Shown piece after piece: positions 38,000-50,194 of a stretch of DNA of 64,000 nt. The stretch lies in the NCBI GenBank assembly GCA_047967505.1, contig CM106538.1; one strand, 5' to 3'. The DNA comes from Dipteris shenzhenensis. Taxonomy: Eukaryota. The first letter of the stretch is position 1. Every line of letters begins with the position of its first letter. The notes below the pieces were generated by a model that saw only the letters and a program-made list of their open reading frames with translations, was not told the origin of the DNA and searched no databases. The translations under genes and the position numbers were made by a program.

Positions 38000-38775
38000 A
38001 AGGGGATGAAGCGGCGGTGGAGCCTGGGGGTGAGGCGGGCGAGGCGAAATGAAGGGTCGGAGGGGTCGAAGCTGAGGGCGGGGCGAAGGCTGCGGGGTGC
38101 GGGGAGTACGGAAGGGGCGAGAGGGCGGGGGGGGGGGGTGAAGTTGGAATGGCGGGGGTGGAGAGGTGAAGCGGGGGGGCGAGGGGAGCGGAATGAGGCG
38201 GAGGCGGGTGAAGCGAGGGGTGAAGGAGCAGCGAGGGGGCGGGTTGGAGCGGGGTGGATGGCGAGGGAGCAGCGAGGGGCGGAATGGCGGAGGCGGGGCG
38301 AGGGCGAGGCGGGCTGAAAAAAAAAAAAAAAAAAAAAGCGAGGCGACGCGGGATGGAGCGCGCGGTTAGAGCGGCGGCGAGGGGGGGTTAGAGCGGAGGC
38401 GGTTATAGCGGCAGCGAGGGGGGGGGGTTAGAGCGGGGGCGAGGGGCGGGGTGGAGCGAGGGGGCGGGGTGGAGCGAGGGGGCGGGATGGAGCGGAGGTA
38501 AGGGGGCGGGTTGGAGCGAGGGGGGGAGGGGCGAGGGGCGGGTTGGAGCGAGGGGGCGGATTGGAGCGAGGGGGCGAGGGGCGGGTTGGAGCGAGGGGGC
38601 GGGAAGGAGCGGAGGCAAGGGGGCGGGATGGAGCGAGGGGGCGGGATGGAGCGAGGGGGCGGCTGGAGCGGAGGTGAGGCGAGGGGTAGCGGGAGGGGTG
38701 GAGGTGGTCGCAGCGAGGGGGGGGGGGGGGAGCGAGGGGGGAGGTAGGGGCTAACGGCGAGGGGGGGAGGGGAAG
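38000..38775. repeat. G-rich (+ strand) degenerate ~19-bp tandem array in the LINE 5' UTR, with an internal A21 tract
   Basis: ggagcgagggggcggg(t/a)(t/g) units, clearest at 38420-38760; A21 at 38317-38337. Confidence 0.9.
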
Positions 38776-39185
38776 CTCGCAGGAGCTACAATTTGACACA
38801 TAGATCTACTAGAGTCTTGCCAAATTTGGCCTTGGAATGCATTAGAATCCCGTAGGATAGAATAGATGCATCTTGCAAGAGGTGTGAGAGCACAATGAAA
38901 GCAATATGTTGTTCTCTATTATGGATTGTGAGAGAGATGACTCTCTCTTATAGAAAGGGGGAGAAGGTAATACCTTCCCTACATAAGTGGCAATCAGCCC
39001 CTACATCAGTGGGAATCAATCCCTATATCAGTGGGATTGCCTTTGTCTTACATCATCACTTAGGTCACACACTAGACACATCATAGCACTTGATGTGCCT
39101 TTACAACACACACAAACATACATGTGACTCCCCTAGATGCACACATGCACCATAGAGCAAGCCCTTGATCATACTTATCCCAACA

Positions 39186-40865
39186 GTCCCACCCTCTGAA
39201 AGGTTTTGAAGTTAACAAAACTGTGGGTGCTACTGCTGTCCACCAACACATGCACAATCCTGCCATTAATCATCCCTGTTAATCTAATAGTATCAGCACT
39301 TTTGGCACCCATCAAGGCATGCATGGAAATAGTATAAAGTGTTGGTTGGGCATCCCAATTAACCTCCTCCTTGTTCACAGGAGCATTACCAAAGCTGAGC
39401 TGCCCTCTCAATTGTTTGAGGGTTATGTGCCTTCACATCTGCAGCGAGATGAAAGGCAACAACTTTCTCTTTTCAGATACGTCTTGCACAAACATGGAAA
39501 GCCTCCAAAAGTGCTGCAAGTACTCTTGGACCGTACCAGTCTGTGACAAGGTATAAAATTCAGCCAAGTATCGATCCAATACAAGTGGAGATACAAATGT
39601 AGTGACCATCCATTCTTAAAAACCCCTCCAAGTGGTTGGTCTCTGAGGCGAATCCCTCATGTATTGCCACCATGTGTGGGCATAGTCCTGCATATGCATA
39701 CTTGCAAAAATGATGCGCTCCTCCTCAGACTTGGGATAGAAGTGAAAATAGTCTTCTAGCTTTGTGAGCCACTCCTCCAACTCATTGGGAGTGCGAGTGT
39801 CCCCTTTAAAGTTATGCACTGTGAGTTCGTCCTTCATATCCTTGGCTGCATAATTCTTGTGTGTGTAACCTCCAGAAGTGTGGGCATCATGACGCTTGAG
39901 GTTCACATAATCGGAGAAGGGAATCTCAAGTTTGATGGCCTCAGGTAGGGCCCTGTATGAACGCAAAGAATTTGCCAACATGTCATCAAAGGTGGCTTGC
40001 TGCCCACCACCAACTCTGTGCTGCGTAGAAGCTGCTGCCATCTAATGCACTGGCTGCGTCTGGCTATATGTGCTCGCTGGCGGAGCGATAGGTGCATGAA
40101 CCTTGGGCTGGGTCTCTCTACCAAATGCATCTCTCCGAAATGATGGCATACCAAAGGGTTGAGAAGAGGACTGACCTCTTTCCCAAGGGTGTGGGCTGCC
40201 ATATAAACCCAAGTCAGCTCCAGGTATACTCGCTGGTGCAGTGAAAGGAGCACTAGCCGGATGCACACCAACGGGTCAGCCCAAAAGAGACGGCTCAGCC
40301 TGCATAGATGCAGAAAACTGAGAGCCAAAAGATGGCCTGATCCTGCAAGAAGGTGCTTTGTGGCACAGAAAATGCATCATCTATGTCCAGATAATCCCCA
40401 AGCTCGGGTACATGCAATAGTCCAGAAGACTGATGCTCATAGGCACGATGGGCATCTGCCATAAAACCCTTGTGTTGAGCAGACAAAACATCCTGACTGT
40501 CTGAATGGTCGCCTTGCTGGGGTGCGGGCTGCTTACCCTTATCCTGCATAGCAATGGCAGATGTGATCTGCTGACCGATCTGCTGTCCCATCTGGACAAG
40601 AGCTGTATCTTGTATAGCCATGGCTGTGGTAAGCTGATGGCTGAACTCTTTTCCTATTTGGCGGAATGCACCCTGGAGCATAGAGGAAAGGGCATCTAGA
40701 AACTGCGTTTGCGCTTCTTGCACTTCCCGGGATGCAGGAGAGAGGCTGAGTGGAAGGAACCTGTGCACCACCAGTGGATGCAGCCACTGTGGCAGGCACT
40801 GGCTCATACTGAGCAGCCTCATCAGTGTCATGCAATATATCACGAGGGGCACGCTTCGGTGGCAT
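39186..40865 (-). pseudogene. Element B gag and protease N-terminus
   Basis: MPPKRAP start near 40865; LEEWLTKLEDYF...AHTWW gag core (39616-40041); protease VHVLVDSSSTHSFV (39175-39411) interrupted by element C. Confidence 0.82.
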
Positions 40866-42199
40866 GGTGATTGGCCTTGGAGAGAGGAGCTCGAATGTAG
40901 GTGAGGAGAAATGGATAGCAAAACCTTGTTGTAATGAGCACCTAAGATAGTGTAGGGAAAACACGAAAAGGTCAATGGAGAGGCTCGGCAGAAAGGTCGT
41001 CGAAGAAGCTTCGAAATGGAGCCAAAATGGCTCCAAACGGGTTGTGAAAGGTCCCTAAAAAGAGGCTGAAAAGTGAGTTTAAAAAAAAATAAAATAAGGG
41101 AAGGGGTCCTAAGTCATCTAGGACAGTTAGGACAGCTCTAACCTAAGACGGTTAGGACTGTTAGGACAGTGTCTTAGGCCAACCTAATCCATCCTTTACC
41201 CTAGTTAGCACTAACCTAACCTAGACGCAAACTAACTAAACCTAACCAAAGTAACCCTTTGTTAGTCTACCCTAGTTAGAAAACCTTGTAGGCTAAGGTT
41301 TTGCAGGAAAAGAAAAACGGCAACCGGCGACGGCATCGAGTAGGGCGGGGCACGGGTACGAGCGGGTGGCGAGGGTGTGGAATAGGACGGCGTCGCGACC
41401 ATTTGACGGAATGCACACGGGCTCTTGGTCTCGTTGATCACGTCGGGATGCACACGGCTCTAGCACACAAGGTCTTGTTGATGGCGCACGTCGCACTGGT
41501 CTGAGTGATGCCTTCAACCCTCGGAACTTGGTGCCATAGCCCTCGACATTTACCAATTGAAAAGCCAATAGATTTGACGATGGTCCGTATGTGCTTGCAG
41601 CCAGAAATTTCTCATGTGCTTGGAGTTGGGATTCGTTGCAGCCTGCAATTGCTCACGTTTTGCCATCGCTCACTTGCATCACTCGGTAGGATTTGGCGTA
41701 GATAGGAGCATTGACAGATTTGCGTTGGTTGGGCAGGATTTGGCGTTGACAGCTTGATGTTGAAGCTAGTTCCGAATAGGGCCCTAGGAAGGTGCTCTGA
41801 TACCAATGCAGTGAAGGGAAAAGGGGCAGATTTGGAGATGGGGATAGAATAGCAGAAGGACGGGAGGAGAAGAGAGGGGAAGGGGAAAGAGAGAGGAAGA
41901 GAGAGAAGGATGAGGGGATAGAGATAGAGAGAGGGAGGAGAGAGAGAGTGTGAGTGTAGGCAGCAAGAAGCAAGAAGTAGGAGGGAGAGTAGATAGGATT
42001 AGATGTCACATCCAAAAAGGTACATAGTAGGGGGTGGATGGAGACTTATATAGTCCCTCCACATTTTCCACTCAAAGGGCCTCTAACTTGGCCTCTTTTT
42101 CCCCTTCATTACAAGTGTGACTTCTATGTCGGCATATCTGACCTCAGTAACACATGGAGGTCCCACCAAGAACAGTTCTTCAATTACCGCATTTGTATC

Positions 42200-43115
42200 A
42201 GCATCTTAATTTGAGTCGGGACTCCTTCTTCTTCATCTTATGATCCGCCTTCTTCTTTCTGCAATCCTTCGCAAAATGGCCTAGCTCGTCACAATAGAAA
42301 CACTTTTTCTTGTGCTTCCTCCTCTTGGAAGTGTCCTTCATCTCCAGAATCATCTTTCTTGGGCTTGCCAGTGTTAGGCTTGCCCTTTTCTTTGCCAGCT
42401 TTATCCTTTGCCATCAACGCCTTGTCATTGTTGTAGAGCTTCTTCCTGGCTTCTTCGTAGAGCAGTAATCGACCCAACTCCTCAAAAGTTAGAAGTTTGG
42501 CCCTTTGTCCTGCTGTCCTAGTCGTAACGAAGCTCTTGTAACTCCATGGTAGGCTCCTAAGTACCATCAAGGCCAATTGGTCCGAGTCTACCTTCTGACT
42601 AACTGATGCTATTTTATCCCTTACCACCTTGACCTTTGTCAAGAGGTCATGAATCGAATCTCCTTCATCCATATCCATATTGTAGAGTTGATGCTGAAGA
42701 GTCAAGATCCGGGATGTATTATCTGTCTCGTACAGATCCTTCAGAATGGCCCATGCCTCTATTGATGTGTCAGTCATCTGGAATGAGGAAGCACAGAGTC
42801 CGCCGTAGTCCCTATGATCAATGCTAGGGCTTGGGCATCTCTATCTCCCATGCTTCAAGTTCCTCTCCATCTACTGGTATAAGTATCTTCCCCTTTTGTC
42901 CACTACGTCCTGCGGCTTCTCCTCCACTCCCATTGTCAGCTTCCATAGTTTTCGAGCCACTAAATGACTTCGGATCTTGACCTTTCAGATAGGTAGTTTG
43001 TTCCATCTAGTTTCCCGAACTCTCCAAAGTTAGGGATGGTGAAAGAAGGAACTCGACTGGAGGAGGAGGAAGGGAGAGAAGGGGCTGAAGATGCCTCTGT
43101 TTCTGAAATCGACAT
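42200..43115 (-). pseudogene. Copia-type gag of element A, frameshifted
   Basis: GKLDGTNY; AWAILKDLYETDNTSRILTLQHQLYNMDM...LRSLPWSYKSFV; zinc knuckle CFYCDELGHFAKDC near 42270-42305. Confidence 0.85.
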
Positions 43116-45399
43116 CTTTGCTGCTAAACCACACAGCAAAATCGAAAAGCAAACTTCACTGTTTGTAGACTTGAGCTTTGTACACACTTGACTAAACTTG
43201 AGTCACTCTCTTTCTTGCAAAGGCATAGTCCTCGAGTTGTTCCCTAGAGCTTCTGAATCAGGATTCTCCTTCAGCAAGGTCCTTGCCTTCAAGCGCCCAC
43301 ACTTGTGAGCCTCCTACTTGGGCTCTGATACCATGTTAGAAATCGACCAACGGGGGGTACACACAGTGGAAGACTGATAGAATAGTCTAGGAGCTCACAC
43401 AGTGTGTGTGAGGTGTTGAATCACAAACTTTTTAACTTCATGTGCTTCAATAGATGTGCAGACTAGTAAATAGACAATGATCCAGCCAGATATAGAAACC
43501 ACCAAAACCATATATTTCTGTCCAAAGCTATGGACACTATACAAAAGATAGATCCAGAGTTCCACTTGGATGTGGTCCTCTGATCTTACGACAAGGTACT
43601 CCTACTATCTTCCAGATATCTCTAGATCACTGAGCCCGTGTGCTCCACCTCGAGCATATGTAGAGCCTTCATCCAAAGACCTCAACACCTTGCTGCCCTA
43701 GAAGAAACCCTAGGTTCCAGCCCTAGATGAGCTCAGTCTGCAGCATCAGTGGGACTCCTTTGCCTCCTAGATGTAGGCGTGAGGGTGAGTCTTTTGCTGG
43801 TCCCGCTGCTCCCAAAAACTGCTGGCTGCTGGATGACCAGCCTTCTTGGCCCTATATAAGGGCAGGGTGCTGCAACACCTGGCCCATTGATGCCTCTGGT
43901 CTGCACCATTCTAGGCCTGGTTGGCCAGCCCAAACCTGCCTATCTATGGCCCACCCTGCTGCAGATATTCCGCCATGTGTTGCGTCACTTCCAGAGATCA
44001 CTCCGCCATCGAGTGCTGCTCACAGATCTGCCTCTTCCAGGCCAGATCCATGCTGTGTATGCATTGCCATCTTCCTGTTCATAGGCTCCATTTGTTGCCA
44101 CTGCTGAGGGAAGCGGAAATGCTTGAGGGGAGACCTTCACGTCCGGTTCGGAGGGCGGTGATATCTCGACCCTCAAGTTTCTGTGAGGTGCTGCCCGTGT
44201 GGCATCCCCCTCTCTGTTCTCTGGGCATATCTTGCCCTGGGTCTCCCTCCCCCATGCTCTCCTCATTTGGGGCTTACAGATGGGGAGGAGACCTATCCAA
44301 CATGGTCCACGTTGATCGGAATCCCTCCAGCCATCTTTGGGATAATATTGTCGCACATTGGTCCTTGATCTTCCAGATCCCATGTTTCCACTATGAAGGC
44401 TTTAACAAGATCATCATGTGGTCTTTCTAGTATTATGTAATTGAGCTTGCTTGGGACATTGATCAGCAATTCAAACTTGTTGAAGTCTTTGTTGCCAATC
44501 TCAAAGTAATCTTGCAGCCATCGTTGAAAGACTCCACAAGGAGAAATCCTCCACTATCTGTACGGAATGCTTGCACTTTCCATTCTCACCAATAGTCATC
44601 CCAAAGCAATCTACTGAAATCTCCAATGAAGCATATTGAGCATACATACCCTGGAGACTCAGTTTGGTGTTGCTTGCTGTTGGAGCAAGCCAAGTGCCTC
44701 TCAGAAAGTACCCTCTACTTTCGTGTCTTTGTGTAAGTCTCTATTTATGCACACTCGGTGACTTCAAGCTCCTCAAGTTCCATTTCCGAGTGATGAGCTC
44801 CTCCATCTTTGCAGGTGATACTTTATTTTTTTCCCTTTGGGACACACCAAAAGGAGTGCGTAAGTGGGCTATCCTACCATCCTCACCTTGTGAAATGGGC
44901 TAAAATGGGTGATTGTGCTCTAAATTTGGTGGAGAAAACTAGCCTAACTTCATAAAATGCTTATTTGGTGCATGTAACTTAACTAAATTTTGCAACAAAC
45001 ATGATAGATATGTCTGGCCATTTGATTTGATATGCTACATGAACCAATTTGGATTTGCCAATCAAAAGCTATAGGCTATCAAAGTTTGGCAGTTTTTGGC
45101 GATCAAAATAGATTAAAAAAAAAAAATCGAGTGCCATGGTCACTCAGCTTTTTGTCGCAAACCCAAATGAGCACCTAATTTTTTAACATTTGCCTTTAAA
45201 AACAACATTGGTGGAATTGGACTAGTCCTTACATCCCAAGTTTAAGCAACACCTTCCAACCTCCACCACAAAGTCTAATTCTTGCTCCACTCTTCAATGT
45301 CTCTCATGAACACTGTGACATCTGGGTCTACAAACTCTTTCTCAATGAGGAATGGTGTCGTGACTCATCACTAATCGTAGTTCATCTCTTGCCACATTG

Positions 45400-47938
45400 G
45401 GTGATGCCATTTTAGATAGGCCCTTATTCTACGTTTGGTAGCCTTCGTCTTTTTGCAGTCTTTAGCAAAATGTCAAGGCGTGTCACAATAGAAGCACTTT
45501 CCTAGCACTTTTACTTTTTTTAGTTTTCACCATCAAAAGAGTCCTCATTGTCATTGTTGGCATCCTTGTTTTTTTGTAGCTTCTATTTGCCATACTTGTG
45601 TTTGGTCACGAAAGCCTTTTCATCATCTTTAGGCTTTCCATCATAGAGCTTCATTTAGGCTGCTTCTTGAAGCAACCACGTGACCAGCTCCTTGAACGTT
45701 ATTGGCCTTGTTTGTTCACCAGCTATGAGAATCGACACCAACCCTCAATAGCTCTTTGGAAGCTTACTAACCAAGAGCATGGCCAACTGATTGCTGGCCA
45801 CCTTCTGACCAATTGTTGCTAGTTGATCCCAGATAATCTTCACTCTTACAAGGAAGTTGTGGGCTTGTTTCGTTTCCCCATCATCATGGTAGACAACTGA
45901 TTTTCGCGCATGATGACTCTCCTAGTGTTTTTAGTTTCAAAAAGATCTGTAAGATCTTCCATGCTTTATGTGCCGTATCTATTAGCTAGATTTGGGGTAT
46001 CACCGAATCCGTAGTTGTCTCGACAATCATGAGAAAATGACTGCATTCTTCAGATTCCTCTCCTCTATGCTATCTAGATTTGCTTGAATCGAGATTTCTC
46101 CCATAGCATGTTACATCCATGACTGGACTAACTAGGGTATAGACTTATCAAAGCCTAGGCCTGACTACCTAATAGATCTGAGGTTAGGACATGGTCTAAT
46201 TTCTCTAGCCATCTTTGAAGTAATACCATCACTCACTGGTCCTCCACGGGCACAATCATCTCCTTGATCTTCCAGATCCCACGTCTCCACCATAAAGCTA
46301 ATTTCTCTAGCCATCTTTGGAGTAATACCATCACTCTCTGGTCCTCCATGGGCACAATCATCTCCTTGATTTTCCAGATCCCACATCTCCACCATAAAGC
46401 TTTGACACGATGATCATCTGGACTTTTCAGTGTCATGTAACTAGGCTTGCTTGGAAAAGTCTCACGGGCACCTTCACTAATCAACAACTAGAACTTGTTG
46501 AAGTCTTTGTCATTGTTGGAAAATGTGGGCCTTTGGGGCCTTGAGGTGGTCCTAATCGCCCTCGTGGCTTGGAACTATGTGAGTAATATGGAAGATAGGG
46601 GGCTTGGAGCCATTGGCGCTTGCGATGACTCATGGCAGAGGGCATTGGGACTTAATCTCATAAGCAATAATGTGACATGGTGGACCTTGGATATATGGAG
46701 TAGTGAAACCCTCTAGAGACATCCCTGGCAGATTCTTCCCTGTTTTTTGACAGTCACCAATGTCGAGTAAACTTGTAGCCGGCCTTGAAAGCCTCCACAA
46801 TGAGAAATCTCCCTTTGTTAAGCGTGTCACAATAGAAGCATTTTTGTGGGTCCTTTCTCTTCTTCTCATTTTCAGGCCAGGAGAGTCCCTGTCATCATTG
46901 TTGGCATCCTTCCTTTTTTGTGTTTCCATTTGACATCACGAGCAAGGCTATACCTCGATGACAACCTTTGGCTCTGATACCATGTAAGAGACCAACTCCC
47001 ATGCAGCGAAGCATTACCCCGAAATCAGAAGGTCCATGTATGGAACACCTATGTGCTTTATTTGACAGTAAGAGAGGGCAACACAGATTGGAAAGAGAAC
47101 TCAGATGTAAGCCAAAACAGAATATATATCAAGATAGATACCAAGTACAAAAATGGAAAGTATGAAAAGGTGGCTACGTTTGCTGCACCCTCTTAGGTAA
47201 ATACTCTTCCTCTTCTGCCAACGTAGCTGCTCAAGGCTGAGCACCCTTGCAAAAGCTCTGTTCTAATGTTCTCTATAGATAAAGATCCCTCGGATGTGCC
47301 ACCTTATGCTCTCCTGTAGTGTGTAGGTGGACACCTAGGTGTGCTACAGATGTCTGGTACTTCTGCCCTGTAAGAACCGATGGTGTAGATCCATTGATCT
47401 CCCTCGTCTTCATCCTGATGTGTGATCGGCAGGTTGGGACTCCCTGGAACGAATGTCTGTCCCTAAAGGATCCATTTATAGGCTTTGCAGCCAAACCTGG
47501 CCGACTAGTCAACAGACTGGCTGACCCAGTCTGTAATCCATCCGACTCAGCAGTCAGTCGACCTGCTGCTGTCTATATAAGGCCCTTTGATATGCGTCTT
47601 TCTGCTGGTTCCTGCTCCAGCCCTGCTGATCTTGGGGTCCACATCAAGGGACTTTTGATGGTGTTACACTGATGTCTCTTTTTGTATCAGGGTTTGTTCT
47701 ATTTTGAAGCATTCTTTACACATGTTTTGGCTGCTCTATATGCTGCGCACTTCTCAGGTCTGTGCTTGTGTCTTTTGCAATTGTTTACACATGAGTGAGT
47801 GATCTCGGTGAAGGTTGTGTTATCTTTGGGGAGTCTTCCAAGTTCCGCCTGCGGGGATTTTAGCAAGCTCTCTATATTATTTGACATAGAATCAGGACCT
47901 TTGTTGTGGTAGTTGGTACATGCTCAGGTTCTCTAACA
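45400..47938 (-). mobile_element. Decayed Copia-like remnant(s): gag relics plus PBS and a ~956-bp 5' LTR
   Basis: PBS gctctgatacca at 46971-46982 followed by tgtaagag...ctctaaca (46983-47938). CFYC-type knuckle relics near 45485 and 46830. No partner LTR identified. Confidence 0.6.
46196..46400. repeat. 102-bp tandem duplication, also homologous to 44325-44420
   Basis: ctaatttctctagccatctttg...tctccaccataaag starts at 46196 and 46298. Confidence 0.85.
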
Positions 47939-48640
47939 TATAATCCTTTTCTAGGTTTCTTTTATTGTTCAAGTTTTTTTAGGTGTGAGTCCTCGGGCCT
48001 GTAATATAAGTGGTTTGGACCTTGGCCTCTTCTTGGGCATTCATGGGATCAAGCCTGGAAGACACCTGATGTGTATTCAAGTAATGTGGACACTTCTAGG
48101 TCATATACCCATATGCGGGCTTCATCAATTATTGCACATCGCTTCAGCTCATCCGCCTTGACTTTCACCAATTGACTGATGATTTTCAAGTCTTGTACTT
48201 TCAATCACAGCCGCGGGACACTGGACTTAGGTATCAAACCTCTCAGGGGTGACAACTGATTGGTGCATAACTAACTTTCTCTGCAAGGTGTCATGCTAGA
48301 TGTTGTTGAGAAGTCTTGATATGTAGCTTGTCTCTGGCAAATATTTGGAGCGGGTACCACCCTAAGTATGTTATGAGTGATCTGTGTGTGAGTGTGTACA
48401 CTAGTGTCTGTGGGGAGAGCTTGCTGTAGAGGTAATGGACAACAAATGAGGTTTTTAAGATGTGAGGTAAGTATTCTGGTAAGACTTATACATTTAAAGA
48501 ATACACTACTGCTCTTATTGGGTCTACTGGTTGGTCTTTTAGATGGATTTAACTAGGCATGATCGTCTTCAACATCATAGAAGCTAAAAAACTGAGTAGA
48601 AGACTTTCCAAACTCAAAATTTATGTTAATCAACAACTGA

Positions 48641-48931
<291 letters not shown>

Positions 48932-48969
48932 TAAGTGTGAAGCTTAAAGTTCCATATCTCTTTGAGCAG

Positions 48970-49032
48970 GATTTAACTGGTGGGATGCCTGTACCTGTTG
49001 AAGGTCCTGACTCTCCTCTCTTCGCAATGGAG
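48970..49032 (+). CDS. GET3: GET3/ArsA-family ATPase, next exon
   Basis: DLTGGMPVPVEGPDSPLFAME in frame after an 83-bp GT-AG intron; donor GAG|GTattt. The following exon (expected to start INPE) was not found in the window. Confidence 0.9.
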
Positions 49033-50194
49033 GTATTTAGCAATCAACCTCCTCTGAAAGCTGGATTGGGCATCAAGTTCAAAAGTTATCCCATCTGTTC
49101 TGGAGAGCTAATGATTCTGACTGTCATTTTATACCTTGCATCTGTGAAGTTTCCTCTTTTTGCAGTCTAATCTGCAATTTTTACGTTGCTTTCTTCCTTT
49201 TCTTTGATAAAGGAAATTTGCCTAGTTACCAACACGTACATCGGTACCAAAAAGCTTTGGCCTCTGCTTCAGAGTGAATACATGCAAAATTTCAATCACC
49301 AAATGGCAGATCGGGATACCAACTTTGCCATGACCATAGGCTTTTGTGCATCAACCATAAACCGGTGGAACGAAAATATTTGCTGTTGGTTCCTTTCACC
49401 CCCTTCGTTAGAAAGACTTGTGGATGGGTTTTGAAGCGGGGGATCTTTTCAGTCCTAAAATTTCAAGCGACAAATTTGTGTAATACTCTCAATACATGGA
49501 GCTTTTGATATGAAATGTGTAAAGACATCTCTCCACAGTGTGTCACCATTTGACCAGAACTCTGCTGAAGCTCAATCCAGTTTTATTTGAAGGACCCACA
49601 TTGATATGCCTTTTCCTTAAGTACTACGTGTTATCCTCAGTTATCGCTGAAATTGAGTAGTGACACATCCCAGCACTCCTGAAACCCCTGATCTGCAAAA
49701 TAACCACACACAACATCAGAACTGAGCAGGCTGCTCACCACCCAACCGTGACATCTACGGGATGTGATCCCGAATCAGAAGATGTCCCCCCGAGCCACGA
49801 GCTGAGCTACTGGCACGAACTCCCAATCAGATCCCAACCAGCCTGGTGTCCCATACCACCAGGTGGCGCTGTGAAGCCCTGGATCTGCCACTGGGCCTTG
49901 GGCTACGCTAAGATGCAGGCGCGCGTCCGCGGCACAATCCAGGATCAGACCTAGCACCTGGGAACGAGACTTGCTCCCAACTGCACACTGAGAACTGAAC
50001 CCCCTGGGCCTCTTTTATAGACTCGGGCCCCGGCGCCAAAAATAGCGAAAACCTATAAATAGTTCGTACCCTTGCCACTCAACCCGAGAATCAAGCCTGC
50101 CTAGCTCTAAGCCTCCCCAGGCTAACCTGAGCTAGTTCTGTGTACCTAGTACACGTCAGATACCGATCCGTGCACATGACATACTCCCCCTCCT

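Larger units (their letters stand above)
31375..38842 (-). mobile_element. Full-length L1/Tx1-like LINE (~7.47 kb)
   Basis: Poly(A) tail (T10 at 31375-31384 on +). 15-bp TSD TAGAATCCCGTAGGA at 31360-31374 and 38843-38857. ORF1 plus ORF2 and a ~0.9-kb 5' UTR. Confidence 0.96.
29431..39185 (-). mobile_element. Element C: small non-autonomous Copia-derived LTR element inserted in the protease of B
   Basis: 3' LTR 29431-29775 with PPT (tactccctct on +). 5' LTR split by the LINE (31358-31374 plus 38843-39185); PBS 31344-31355. TSD GTCCC at 29426-29430 and 39186-39190. The 1.6-kb interior has only a gag N-terminus (KFDGTSFHTW, 30190-30462). Confidence 0.92.
25251..42113 (-). mobile_element. Element B: Ty3/Gypsy chromovirus nested in A, degenerate
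   Basis: 5' LTR 41807-42113 next to the PBS (~41794-41805). 3' LTR 25251-26111 (interrupted at ~25440-25993) next to a PPT (gccatcccttccc on +). Near-TSD actgt/agtgt. Confidence 0.88.
23277..44302 (-). mobile_element. Element A: Copia-derived, gag-only non-autonomous LTR retrotransposon; hosts B, C and the LINE
   Basis: 3' LTR 23277-24368 next to a PPT (cccccttc on +). 5' LTR 43334-44302 next to PBS gctctgatacca (43322-43333). TSD TGGTC at 23272-23276 and 44303-44307. Own internal DNA is only 24369-25250 plus 42114-43333. Confidence 0.88.

Noticed and set aside
38400-38775. Regular repeats considered as a CRISPR-like array
   Set aside because: No unique spacers or cas genes; it is a minisatellite in the LINE UTR.
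41130-41300. aaccta/ctaac repeats (also at 404-510) resembling telomeric DNA
   Set aside because: Degenerate, not TTTAGGG arrays, and located in retroelement leaders.
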